From: Vicinamibacterales bacterium
GTDB taxonomy: Bacteria > Acidobacteriota > Vicinamibacteria > Vicinamibacterales > SCN-69-37
DNA: 64,000 nt
Direction of reading: 5' to 3'
Assembly: GCA_035606665.1 (NCBI GenBank)
Contig: DATNEY010000034.1
Coordinates: 84,479 to 148,478 of the forward strand
Made by a program: the position numbers and the translations under genes
The notes under the pieces: generated by a model
Told to the model about the DNA's origin: nothing
Database searches by the model: none
What the model saw: the letters and a program-made list of their open reading frames with translations, nothing else
In this document: positions 36,639 to 44,315 of the stretch, piece by piece
Numbering within the stretch: the stretch's first letter is position 1
Layout of the letters: the number at the start of each line of letters is the position of its first letter

Positions 36639-37564
36639 GCGTCACTAATCCTCGAAGCGAGCGCCAGCGCCCGCAATCCATCCCGGCCGGTCACCAGCGG
36701 ATCCCGGCGATCGCGCGCCGCCGCCACAAAGTCAGCGAGTTCCGCGTGAAGGGGCTCGACCTTCACGACATCGAGGGACCCGCCCTGAATGGACGCACGA
36801 TCGGCCGCACCCGCCTCTACACGCCACGCCGCGGCAGACTGCGCCGCAAAGTCCACGGATACATAGAGATCCGGCTGGAAGAAGCGCGCCTTCCTGACAC
36901 GATCGTGGCTGATGCGGCTCGCGGTGAGGTTCGCCGTCGCCCCAGACGCGAATCTGAGTCGCGCGCTGCAAATGTCGACACTGCCCGACAGCACCGGCAC
37001 CCCGACCGCATCGACCGATGTCACGTCCGTCCCGTCCACGGCCAAGATGATATCGAGGTCGTGCACCATGAGATCGAAGATGACATCGATGTCGAGCGAG
37101 CGTTCCGGGAACGGACTCAGGCGGTGCACCTCGATGAACTTCGGGGCGCGAAGATGCGGCCGCGCCGCGATGAATCCCGGGTTGAAGCGCTCGGTGTGAC
37201 CAACGGCCAGCGTCGCGCCGGACGCGTGGGCCGCGGCAACCATTTCCTCCGCTTCCGCAACGGTCGACGCTATCGGCTTTTCCACAAGGACGTGCGTGCC
37301 CCGCTCCAGGAACGGCCGGGCAACCTGGAGGTGAGCCTCGGTGGGAACTGCGATGGATACGGCGTCCACAACTCCCAGAAGCTCTCGAGCGTCACAGACG
37401 ACACGCGCGCCGGTGGCGGCAGCCGCGGCCGCCGCGCGCGCCGCATCGATGTCTGCCACGGCGACGAGCTCGACGTCCGGCATCGCACCGAGAAGGCGGG
37501 CGTGATGCTTGCCGAGGTGGCCGACGCCAATGACCGCGACTCTGAGTCTGTCGGGCGGCGTCAT
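36626..37564 (-). CDS. Gfo/Idh/MocA-family NAD(P)-dependent oxidoreductase
   Basis: RVAVIGVGHLGKHHARLL Rossmann N-terminus and ...VEKPIA.... Translationally coupled (ATGA) to lpxI. Confidence 0.85.
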   Translation of the reverse strand: MTPPDRLRVAVIGVGHLGKHHARLLGAMPDVELVAVADIDAARAAAAAAATGARVVCDARELLGVVDAVSIAVPTEAHLQVARPFLERGTHVLVEKPIASTVAEAEEMVAAAHASGATLAVGHTERFNPGFIAARPHLRAPKFIEVHRLSPFPERSLDIDVIFDLMVHDLDIILAVDGTDVTSVDAVGVPVLSGSVDICSARLRFASGATANLTASRISHDRVRKARFFQPDLYVSVDFAAQSAAAWRVEAGAADRASIQGGSLDVVKVEPLHAELADFVAAARDRRDPLVTGRDGLRALALASRISDACRT

Positions 37565-38382
37565 TTGCGCTGCCGCCCGATCACGACCAAACCGGCGTCG
37601 TTGGCGGCCGCGACAAACCGATCACCATCGAGCACCAGCGTGAGGTCTGCGTCGATGGTGAGACCGTCCGCGCCGCTCGCCTTCATCGCCTCGATTGTTC
37701 CGAGGCCGACGACGGGGACATCGAACCGTCGATCCTGCTCGGGCTTTGCGACTTTCACGACACGCGTCCCGCGGCCGGCCAGCGTTCCCGCGCGAGCGAT
37801 GGTTGCGTCCGTACCCTCCATCGCCTCTACCGCAACCACCGCGCGGTCCTTGACGACGACCGTCTGGCCGACGTCCTTGCCGGCGATGCTGTCTGCGATG
37901 CGATAGCCGAATTCAAAGTCTGCACGCATCGCATCGTCCGGCGCTTTGGCCGTCAGGACGCCGGCACGAGCAACCAGCCCTGGCAGCAGCGCGGTCGAAT
38001 CCACGATCTTGATGCCGTGGTCACCAAGAACGGCGACAGCCGCGGCAAGGAGGGCATCCGTGTTCTGTGCCGGAAGCTTCATCAGCACGGACAGGAGCAA
38101 GGGATCAGGAAAAACGCCACCGAAGATCCGCGCGTGCCGCACGCCGCCCGCCAGCGTCGCCTCGGTCACGCCGGCGGACTTGAGAAACTTGATGCAGGCG
38201 CCGAGCTGGCCGAGCTCGATCCAGCCAAAGGCGGCGGCACCCGCCTCGCGCGCTTCCGCTTCAAAATCCGGGGTGGCTTCGCCCTTGATCGCGACAACCG
38301 CAACGTCGAGTCCGGCCTGGCGCGCGGCCCGCAGCACCAGTCCTGGAAAGTTGCCGTACCCGGCAATCAGGCCAATAGCCAC
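37561..38382 (-). CDS. lpxI: UDP-2,3-diacylglucosamine diphosphatase LpxI (DUF1009)
   Basis: IGLIAGYGNFPGLVLRAA and ...RFDVPVVGLGTIE... are typical of LpxI. Adjacent to lpxA. Confidence 0.8.
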   Translation of the reverse strand: MAIGLIAGYGNFPGLVLRAARQAGLDVAVVAIKGEATPDFEAEAREAGAAAFGWIELGQLGACIKFLKSAGVTEATLAGGVRHARIFGGVFPDPLLLSVLMKLPAQNTDALLAAAVAVLGDHGIKIVDSTALLPGLVARAGVLTAKAPDDAMRADFEFGYRIADSIAGKDVGQTVVVKDRAVVAVEAMEGTDATIARAGTLAGRGTRVVKVAKPEQDRRFDVPVVGLGTIEAMKASGADGLTIDADLTLVLDGDRFVAAANDAGLVVIGRQRK

Positions 38383-38387
38383 GCCGG

Positions 38388-39644
38388 CTACTCGGCCTCC
38401 GACATGTCTTCGAGCCGGCGCGACGGCCGCCTGAGAATGACGCCCCGCCGGGCAGACGTGATGAAGTTCACGAGGTAGCGGACTTCGGGCACCGCGAGGC
38501 TCGGATCGCGGTCGATGAGCTCGAGCGCGCGGCTCGTGTTGTGCTGAATGAGCTGCCGGTACGCGCGGCGCAGCTTGTCGATCGTCTCGGTCGAGAATCC
38601 GCGCCGTTTGAGGCCAATCGCATTGAGGCCGTAGATGCGCGCGCGGTTGCCGACCGTCTTGGCGAACGGCAGCGCGTCGCGCGTCACGACGGTGTAACCG
38701 CCGATGAACGCGTGCTGGCCGATTCGGCAGAACTGATGAACGCCTGAATAGGCGCTGATCGTGGCGAAGTCCTCCACGTGGACGTGACCGCCCAGCGTCG
38801 CGGCGTTGCCGAAGATGGTCGAATTGCCCACATGGCAGTCGTGCGCGACGTGCGCGTAGGCCATGAACAGGTTGTGATCGCCGATGGTCGTGAGCGCGCC
38901 GCCGCCGACCGTGCCGCGATGGAGCGTCACGAACTCGCGGAACATGTTGTGGTGGCCGATACGAAGGCGCGTCGGCTCACCGCGGTACTTCAAGTCCTGC
39001 GGCGCAAGGCCGATCGACGCGAGCGGTGAAATGTCGTTGTGGTCGCCGATCTCCGTCCAGCCCGCAACGACGCTCGACGCGCCGATGCGGCAGTGCCGGC
39101 CGATGACGACGTGCGGCCCGATGGTGACGTAGGGACCGACCACGGTACCCGCGCCAATCCGAGCGTCGGGATGCACGATGGCCGTCGGGTGAATCTCCGG
39201 AGCGGCGTCCTCCGCGGTCTCCAGCGCAAGCACGAGCTCGGCTTCCGCCACGACCTGTCCGCCGACCGAAGCCACCGCACGCGCCCGGGCGATCTGTCCG
39301 CGCCTGGCGCCCATCGTCACTTCGAGCTCGAGCCGATCGCCCGGCACGACCTGGCGGCGGAACTTCGCGTTGTCCACGCCTCGGAGCCACGCGCTGCCAG
39401 GCGGCTGCAGTTCCAGCCGGCGCTCGCCGAACAGCAGCACGCCCGCAAGCTGTGTCAGCGATTCGATCATGAGGACGCCCGGCATCAGCGGCGTGCCGGG
39501 AAAGTGTCCCTGAAAGAATTCCTCGTTCACTGTGACGTTCTTCGCGGCAACGATGCGGCGGCCTGGTTCGTGGTGCGTGATGACGTCGACGAGGACCGAG
39601 GGATACCGGTAGGACAGCCGTTCGAGGCCGGGCAACATGCGCAT
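38388..39644 (-). CDS. Fused 3-hydroxyacyl-ACP dehydratase FabZ / UDP-GlcNAc acyltransferase LpxA
   Basis: The N-terminal ~150 aa (YRYPSVLVDVI...AAKNVTVNEEFFQGHFPGTPLMPGVLMIESLTQ) are FabZ. After the linker ETAEDAAPE comes IHPTAIVHPDARIGAGTVVGPYVTIG... with hexapeptide repeats and ...FAKTVGNRARIYGLNAIGLKRRGF, which is LpxA. It is one uninterrupted frame. ATG 39644 or 39638. Confidence 0.85.
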   Translation of the reverse strand: MRMLPGLERLSYRYPSVLVDVITHHEPGRRIVAAKNVTVNEEFFQGHFPGTPLMPGVLMIESLTQLAGVLLFGERRLELQPPGSAWLRGVDNAKFRRQVVPGDRLELEVTMGARRGQIARARAVASVGGQVVAEAELVLALETAEDAAPEIHPTAIVHPDARIGAGTVVGPYVTIGPHVVIGRHCRIGASSVVAGWTEIGDHNDISPLASIGLAPQDLKYRGEPTRLRIGHHNMFREFVTLHRGTVGGGALTTIGDHNLFMAYAHVAHDCHVGNSTIFGNAATLGGHVHVEDFATISAYSGVHQFCRIGQHAFIGGYTVVTRDALPFAKTVGNRARIYGLNAIGLKRRGFSTETIDKLRRAYRQLIQHNTSRALELIDRDPSLAVPEVRYLVNFITSARRGVILRRPSRRLEDMSEAE

Positions 39645-39682
39645 TACGACCCTAGACAATACACGGAAAACGTACAGCAAAA

Positions 39683-39731
39683 GACCCCGGGCGTCGTTCT
39701 GAACGCTCTCCTCAGAACGACGCCCGGGGTC
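39683..39731 (-). terminator. Intrinsic terminator downstream of skp
   Basis: Perfect 20-bp stem GACCCCGGGCGTCGTTCTGA / TCAGAACGACGCCCGGGGTC with a 9-nt loop, 7 nt after the skp stop. On the - strand RNA it is followed by UUUUGCUGUACGUUUU. Confidence 0.85.
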
Positions 39732-39738
39732 GTATGTC

Positions 39739-40368
39739 CTACTTGATCGTTGCGTCGAGGCGCTTGACGATCTCGGCCGATAGATCCAGGCCGGCGTGCG
39801 CCGCGGCGATGTTGGAGTTGTCACCAAGCGCGAAGATGATCCAGAGGCCGCGCTCCTCGCGCAGTTTCTCGACGATCGGAAGCACCTGCTGCTGGAAAGT
39901 CGCGAGCAGCTCCTGATTGAGCTGATCGATCTGCACCTGCGCATCCTGCTGCTTGAACTGCGCTTCGCGCTGCAGCTTGTCGAGCTCCTTGGCCATGTTG
40001 TTGAACACGGCCTCCGAGACGACGCCCTGCTGCGTCTTCATGCGGTCCTGCAGCGCCTGGATTTCCTTGTTCTTCGCGGCGAGGTCCGCCGAGAGCTTGT
40101 CGTTGAGCACTTGCATCGCATCGCGACCCTTTTTGCCCAGCTTGGACTGCTGGACGACGGCCTGCAGGTCGATGAACGCGACCTTGGCCTCTGCGGGGAA
40201 CGGTACGGGTGTCGGCGTTGGTGTTGGCGCCGGCGTCGCGGGCTTCTGTCCCGCCGGATTGGTGGCGGGCGGTGGGGTCGTCGGCGGCGGCGCCGTCTGC
40301 GCCATCGCGCTTCCAGCCACCAGCACTGCCATCGCGGCAAAAGCGATCGTCTGTCGTTTCATACTCAT
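39739..40368 (-). CDS. skp: OmpH/Skp-family periplasmic chaperone
   Basis: Signal peptide MSMKRQTIAFAAMAVLVAGSAMAQ, a Pro/Thr-rich stretch, then a coiled-coil (VAFIDLQAVVQQSKLGKKG...LQREAQFKQQDAQ...). The start is moved to ATG 40368. Confidence 0.8.
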   Translation of the reverse strand: MSMKRQTIAFAAMAVLVAGSAMAQTAPPPTTPPPATNPAGQKPATPAPTPTPTPVPFPAEAKVAFIDLQAVVQQSKLGKKGRDAMQVLNDKLSADLAAKNKEIQALQDRMKTQQGVVSEAVFNNMAKELDKLQREAQFKQQDAQVQIDQLNQELLATFQQQVLPIVEKLREERGLWIIFALGDNSNIAAAHAGLDLSAEIVKRLDATIK

Positions 40369-40507
40369 CGGATTCAGCACCTTGGTCGGTGTCCCGGCCC
40401 CTTCTGTCGGTCTCCCGGCCGCCACACGGACATCTGAGTCTATCAGAGCAGACGCCTGAGCCATCCCGATAGGCGGGAAACAAGGCATAATCGCCCGAGG
40501 AGAGTGC

Positions 40508-40942
40508 ATGCCGAGTCCGCTGTTGCGCCGTTTTGCCCTGATTTCCACCCTGGCCCTCGTGGCTGCGGGTGCGTCCGCCTGCGACGGTGGCGGCACGACC
40601 ACACCGACGACACCGACTACCCCGACTACGACCGTCACTGAGACCTTCGCGGGCAGCATCACGACCAACGGCGCCGCCAGCTTCACGTTCCCGACCGGCG
40701 CGGCCGGCTCTGTCACGGCCACGCTGCGCACCATCACACCCGTCAGCACCATTCAGCTGAGTCTGGCCCTGGGCACGTGGAACGGCATCTCCTGCCAGGT
40801 TGTGCTGACCAACGACCGAGCGACGTCCGGCGGCAGCGTCACCGGCAACGTCTCTGGTTCCGGAACGCTGTGCGTGCGGATTGCGGATATCGGACAGGTC
40901 GCGGGTACCAGCGGATTCGAGATCGTTGTCGTGCATCCCTGA
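40508..40942 (+). CDS. Small putative lipoprotein, unknown function
   Basis: MPSPLLRRFALISTLALVAAGASAC (signal plus Cys), a TTTPTTPTTPTTT linker, and a beta-rich C-terminal part. GAGGAGAG Shine-Dalgarno. It is on the opposite strand to its neighbours. Confidence 0.55.
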   Translation: MPSPLLRRFALISTLALVAAGASACDGGGTTTPTTPTTPTTTVTETFAGSITTNGAASFTFPTGAAGSVTATLRTITPVSTIQLSLALGTWNGISCQVVLTNDRATSGGSVTGNVSGSGTLCVRIADIGQVAGTSGFEIVVVHP

Positions 40943-40955
40943 TCCCTTCGGGATC
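40941..40955 (+). terminator. Small stem-loop at the lipoprotein gene stop codon
   Basis: GATCCC-TTC-GGGATC overlaps the TGA. There is no U tract, so its function is uncertain. Confidence 0.25.
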
Positions 40956-41008
40956 GGTTCAGGGTTCAGGGTGTCGGGTTCCGGGTTCGCTTGTCTGGTT
41001 CCGGGTTC
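40956..41008. repeat. Left inverted-repeat arm of the four-helix-bundle cassette
   Basis: GGTTCAG GGTTCAG GGTGTCG GGTTCCG GGTTCGC TTGTCTG GTTCCGG GTTC: phased heptads that match the reverse complement of 41532..41612. Confidence 0.85.
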
Positions 41009-41127
41009 ATTTGCTTTTCTCCAAACACTGGTTGGAGTTTCTCCACACTCGAGAGATCGTCTGAAGCGGCATTAGCGGAGATTCCACAAGACGCGAGTGG
41101 CACGAGCCATGCTCCTCTTGCGTGCGC

Positions 41128-41511
41128 ATGGCAGGTGCGCGCAACTACGATGAGCTGGATGCGTGGAAACTCAGCGACGCCGTTCGAGTTCGCATCTATG
41201 AGATCTGCAAGTCCCCCAGGTTTCGATCGCACCTCCGGCTGCGAGAGCAGCTGACAGACGCCGCCGACTCGGCATGCTCGAACATCGCCGAGGGATTCGG
41301 ACGCTACTACCCCAAAGAGTTCGCCAGATTCCTCAAGATCTCACGCGGGTCTCTGGCAGAGATCGCAGACAGACTTCGAAGCGCGGTGCTCGCCGGGATT
41401 GTGAAGGAAACTGACGTTGACGACATCGTCGCACTCACGCACCGAGCGCGTGGAGCGTGCACAAGGCTGATCAAGTATCTGGAAGGAGCCGACCCGCCCG
41501 GCCGCGCCTAG
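41128..41511 (+). CDS. Four-helix-bundle protein (23S rRNA intervening-sequence protein / Avd-like family)
   Basis: YDELDAWKLSDAVRVRIYEICKSPRF...LREQLTDAADSACSNIAEGFGRYYPKEFARFLKISRGSLAEIADRL fits the family pattern as I remember it (F..L.VW..A..L...IY......E...L..Q..RAA.S...NIAEG..R....E...FL.IA.GS..E). ATG 41128 or GTG 41122. Confidence 0.8.
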   Translation: MAGARNYDELDAWKLSDAVRVRIYEICKSPRFRSHLRLREQLTDAADSACSNIAEGFGRYYPKEFARFLKISRGSLAEIADRLRSAVLAGIVKETDVDDIVALTHRARGACTRLIKYLEGADPPGRA

Positions 41512-41531
41512 ATCCGCGGAACGCGAGGTAC

Positions 41532-41612
41532 GAACCGGGAACCCAGAACCGGGAACCGGGAACCGGGAACCAGACAAGCGAACCCGGCACCCTGAACCCT
41601 GAACCCTGAACC
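41532..41612. repeat. Right inverted-repeat arm of the four-helix-bundle cassette
   Basis: The reverse complement is GGTTCAGGGTTCAGGGTTCAGGGTGCCGGGTTCGCTTGTCTGGTTCCCGGTTCCCGGTTCCCGGTTCTGGGTTCCCGGTTC. It differs from the left arm mainly in heptad copy number. Confidence 0.85.
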
Positions 41613-41621
41613 GCCGAAGGC

Positions 41622-44306
41622 TTAGAACGTCGTGCCGACGGCGAAGCGGAAGGTGAACCGCTGAGCGAAGAGACCGTTGTTGTTGAACACGCCGCGGCGT
41701 GATGGATTCCACGCGCCGATCAGCCGGAAGGGCACGTTCAACACCGGCATGAAGAACCGTATTTCGAAGCCCGCGGACGTCTTGAACGCCGGCGTGCGTC
41801 CGATGACGCGCACGGTCGGCGTGGTACTGGTCCCGGGCGGCGTCAGGGTCACCAGCGCGAATGGATCCGAAAGGAAGGGCGGATCGGGCGTCACCGTCTC
41901 CGTGATGTCTTCCTTCCAGACAAGACGCTGGCCGATGTCCCTGACCTGGCCCGCGTCGTAGAAGCCCAGCACGCGCACGGGCCCGCCGACGTTGAAATAG
42001 ATCTCACCGTTGAAGAGCAGCGACTTGTTGCCGCCGGTGACGATGCCGGAGATCGGGTCGCGCGGACCCACCGAGCGGATGTCGAAGCCACGGACGCTGT
42101 ATTCGCCGCCGAGGAACACCTTCTCGAAAATCGGCAGCGTCGTCGTACTGCCGTACGGGCGAATCCACTGTCCCTCGCCGCGAAGCCCGATCGACACGCG
42201 GCGCGAGATGAACGTCAGCGGCTTGTAGAAAATGGCCTCCGACCGCACCTGGACGTACTCGGTGTTGCCGCCGACACCGGCGAAATCCACGCCCGTCGTG
42301 AAGCGCATGCCGTCGTCCGGGAAGATCGGCTGGTTGATCGTGTTGTACACCACGGACGGCGTGATCTTGCTGACGCGGCGCTGGCCGCCCTGATCGAGCA
42401 GCAGCGATGACCGAAGGATGGGGCTCGCCGCCAGCACCGCGGGATTCAGGTACGCCTCGTTGATGTCGTAGACCTTGATGCGCTCGTAGCTGTACGTCGT
42501 GAACAGCCGCATGTAGTCCGCGAGCGGGAACCCGAACACGAGGTTCGTGCCCTTCGCGTCCTGCGTGTACTGGAAGTCGTAGATGAACTGGCGCGCGTAT
42601 ACGTCGGTGCCGATGGTGATCGGCCGGTCGAAGAGATACGGCTCGCTGAACGACACCTGGTACTGCCGCGCGCGCGAGCCCTTCTGCAGGTTGACGCCGA
42701 ACGTCTCGCCGCGGCCGAGGAAGTTCGATGTCTGGAACGACAGCTGGCCGAAGAAGCCGTCGAACTGCGACACGCCCGCGCCGAACGAGATCTGGTTGCG
42801 GTTCTGCTCCTGGAACTTGAGCTTGATGTCGACGAGGCCTTCCTGGCCCGGCGTCGGCACCACGCTCATCTCGTCTTCCTTGCCCTCGAGCGGTTTGAAG
42901 TAGCCGAGCTGGTTCAGCCGGCGGATGCTCTGCTTGAGCGCGTCCGTGTTGAACACGCCGCCCTCGACGACCCGCATCTCGCGCCGGGCGACGTTGTCGT
43001 GCGTCGTCGTATTGCCGGCGAACGTGATGCGGTTGACGTAGTACTGCTTGCCCTCGAGCATCCGAACCGTGACATCGACGACGGGCGGGGGCTTCTCGGG
43101 GCCGATGGGCAAACCGGTGTTGGGGTCGATGCCCCGCGGCGACAGATCGACGTCCGGCGCCGCCTGCCAGAAGCCGAGGGCGCCGTAGAGATCACGCGCC
43201 TTCTCCAGGCCTTTGCTGATCTTCTGGTAGTTGTAATAGTCGCCCTCTTTGAGCTTGAACATCGCCCTGAGGGGCTCGGTCTTGAGCGAGGTGTTGTCCG
43301 CGATGTTGAACGAGCCGATCTTGTAGCGCTCGCCTTCGTCGACCGGAATCCGCAGACGAATCCATCGGTTCCTGCCGTCCTTCGTGTCGGTGACGATCTC
43401 GACCTGGGGCTGGCCGACGCGCGCGCGCACGTAGCCCTTGTTCAGATAGAACACCTGCACCTTGTCGGCGTCCTCGGCGAACTTCGCTTCGAGGTACGTC
43501 CCGCTCGACGTGAGGAAGCTGTACCAGTTCTTCGGTTTGTTGTCCTTCAGCTGGCCGCGCAGGGCGCTGTCGCTGAACGCGGTGTTGCCGTCGAACTGGA
43601 CGTCACGAATCTTGTACTTCGGGCCCTGATCGATCTCGAACGTCAAGTGGATCAACTTCGGCCCGGAGGGCAGCGGCGTGAGCTTCGCTTCGATCTTGAC
43701 GTCGTTGTGCCCCTTCTCGGAGTACACCTCGCGAATGATGCCCTTGACGCGGCGAATCGTCGCCTCGTCCACGAAGGAATCCAGGTTGACGTGAATGTTC
43801 TTTTCCTTGAGCTTGTCCTCGATCTTCGATGTCTCGACCGACGACTTCGACCCGGGCGCGGCGACGTAGTCGACCGCCTTCACGCGAGCGCGCTCTTCGA
43901 TGTGGAACACGACGTGCTTCGCCGCGACGCCATTCGGGAACGGCTCATCGATGACTTCAATCCAGAGGTTGTCCAGGAACCCGGTGCGCCACAGGTTCCA
44001 GAAGTCGGCCTTGACGGCGTCTTCCGTGAATGGCGCCCACCGATCCTGGCTGGGCGCCGAGCTGACCGTCTTGATGTAGTACGAATAAGTCTGCTGATCG
44101 ACGATGGTCTCGTTCACCGGATGCGCGATGATGTGCATGCAGCTCTGAAACAGGACCGGCGAATTGGCGGGCGGGAGGTTGGGCTTGCCATCCTTCACCG
44201 GCGCGGCGCAGGGCGGCGCCTGAGCCGCCGCGGGCACGGCCCAGCCGGCGGCAGCTGCAGCGGTCACACCCGCCACGATCAGGCGTCGAAATCGCGAAAG
44301 CATCAT
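41622..44306 (-). CDS. bamA: Outer membrane protein assembly factor BamA
   Basis: 894 aa with a signal peptide, repeated POTRA-like modules, and a C-terminal beta-barrel ending ...FRFAVGTTF (aromatic terminal residue). Confidence 0.92.
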   Translation of the reverse strand: MMLSRFRRLIVAGVTAAAAAGWAVPAAAQAPPCAAPVKDGKPNLPPANSPVLFQSCMHIIAHPVNETIVDQQTYSYYIKTVSSAPSQDRWAPFTEDAVKADFWNLWRTGFLDNLWIEVIDEPFPNGVAAKHVVFHIEERARVKAVDYVAAPGSKSSVETSKIEDKLKEKNIHVNLDSFVDEATIRRVKGIIREVYSEKGHNDVKIEAKLTPLPSGPKLIHLTFEIDQGPKYKIRDVQFDGNTAFSDSALRGQLKDNKPKNWYSFLTSSGTYLEAKFAEDADKVQVFYLNKGYVRARVGQPQVEIVTDTKDGRNRWIRLRIPVDEGERYKIGSFNIADNTSLKTEPLRAMFKLKEGDYYNYQKISKGLEKARDLYGALGFWQAAPDVDLSPRGIDPNTGLPIGPEKPPPVVDVTVRMLEGKQYYVNRITFAGNTTTHDNVARREMRVVEGGVFNTDALKQSIRRLNQLGYFKPLEGKEDEMSVVPTPGQEGLVDIKLKFQEQNRNQISFGAGVSQFDGFFGQLSFQTSNFLGRGETFGVNLQKGSRARQYQVSFSEPYLFDRPITIGTDVYARQFIYDFQYTQDAKGTNLVFGFPLADYMRLFTTYSYERIKVYDINEAYLNPAVLAASPILRSSLLLDQGGQRRVSKITPSVVYNTINQPIFPDDGMRFTTGVDFAGVGGNTEYVQVRSEAIFYKPLTFISRRVSIGLRGEGQWIRPYGSTTTLPIFEKVFLGGEYSVRGFDIRSVGPRDPISGIVTGGNKSLLFNGEIYFNVGGPVRVLGFYDAGQVRDIGQRLVWKEDITETVTPDPPFLSDPFALVTLTPPGTSTTPTVRVIGRTPAFKTSAGFEIRFFMPVLNVPFRLIGAWNPSRRGVFNNNGLFAQRFTFRFAVGTTF

Positions 44307-44315
44307 TCTTGGTGG

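Noticed and set aside
40369-40752. ORF-track extension of skp containing VVGVVGVVGVVV.
   Set aside because: It is the antisense translation of the lipoprotein gene's TTPTTPTTPTT linker. A proper signal peptide begins at ATG 40368.
40508-41511. Reading the four-helix-bundle gene as the Avd of a diversity-generating retroelement, with the upstream lipoprotein as the variable target.
   Set aside because: I see no reverse transcriptase gene in the window, no template/variable repeat pair, and no C-type-lectin-like C-terminus in the lipoprotein.
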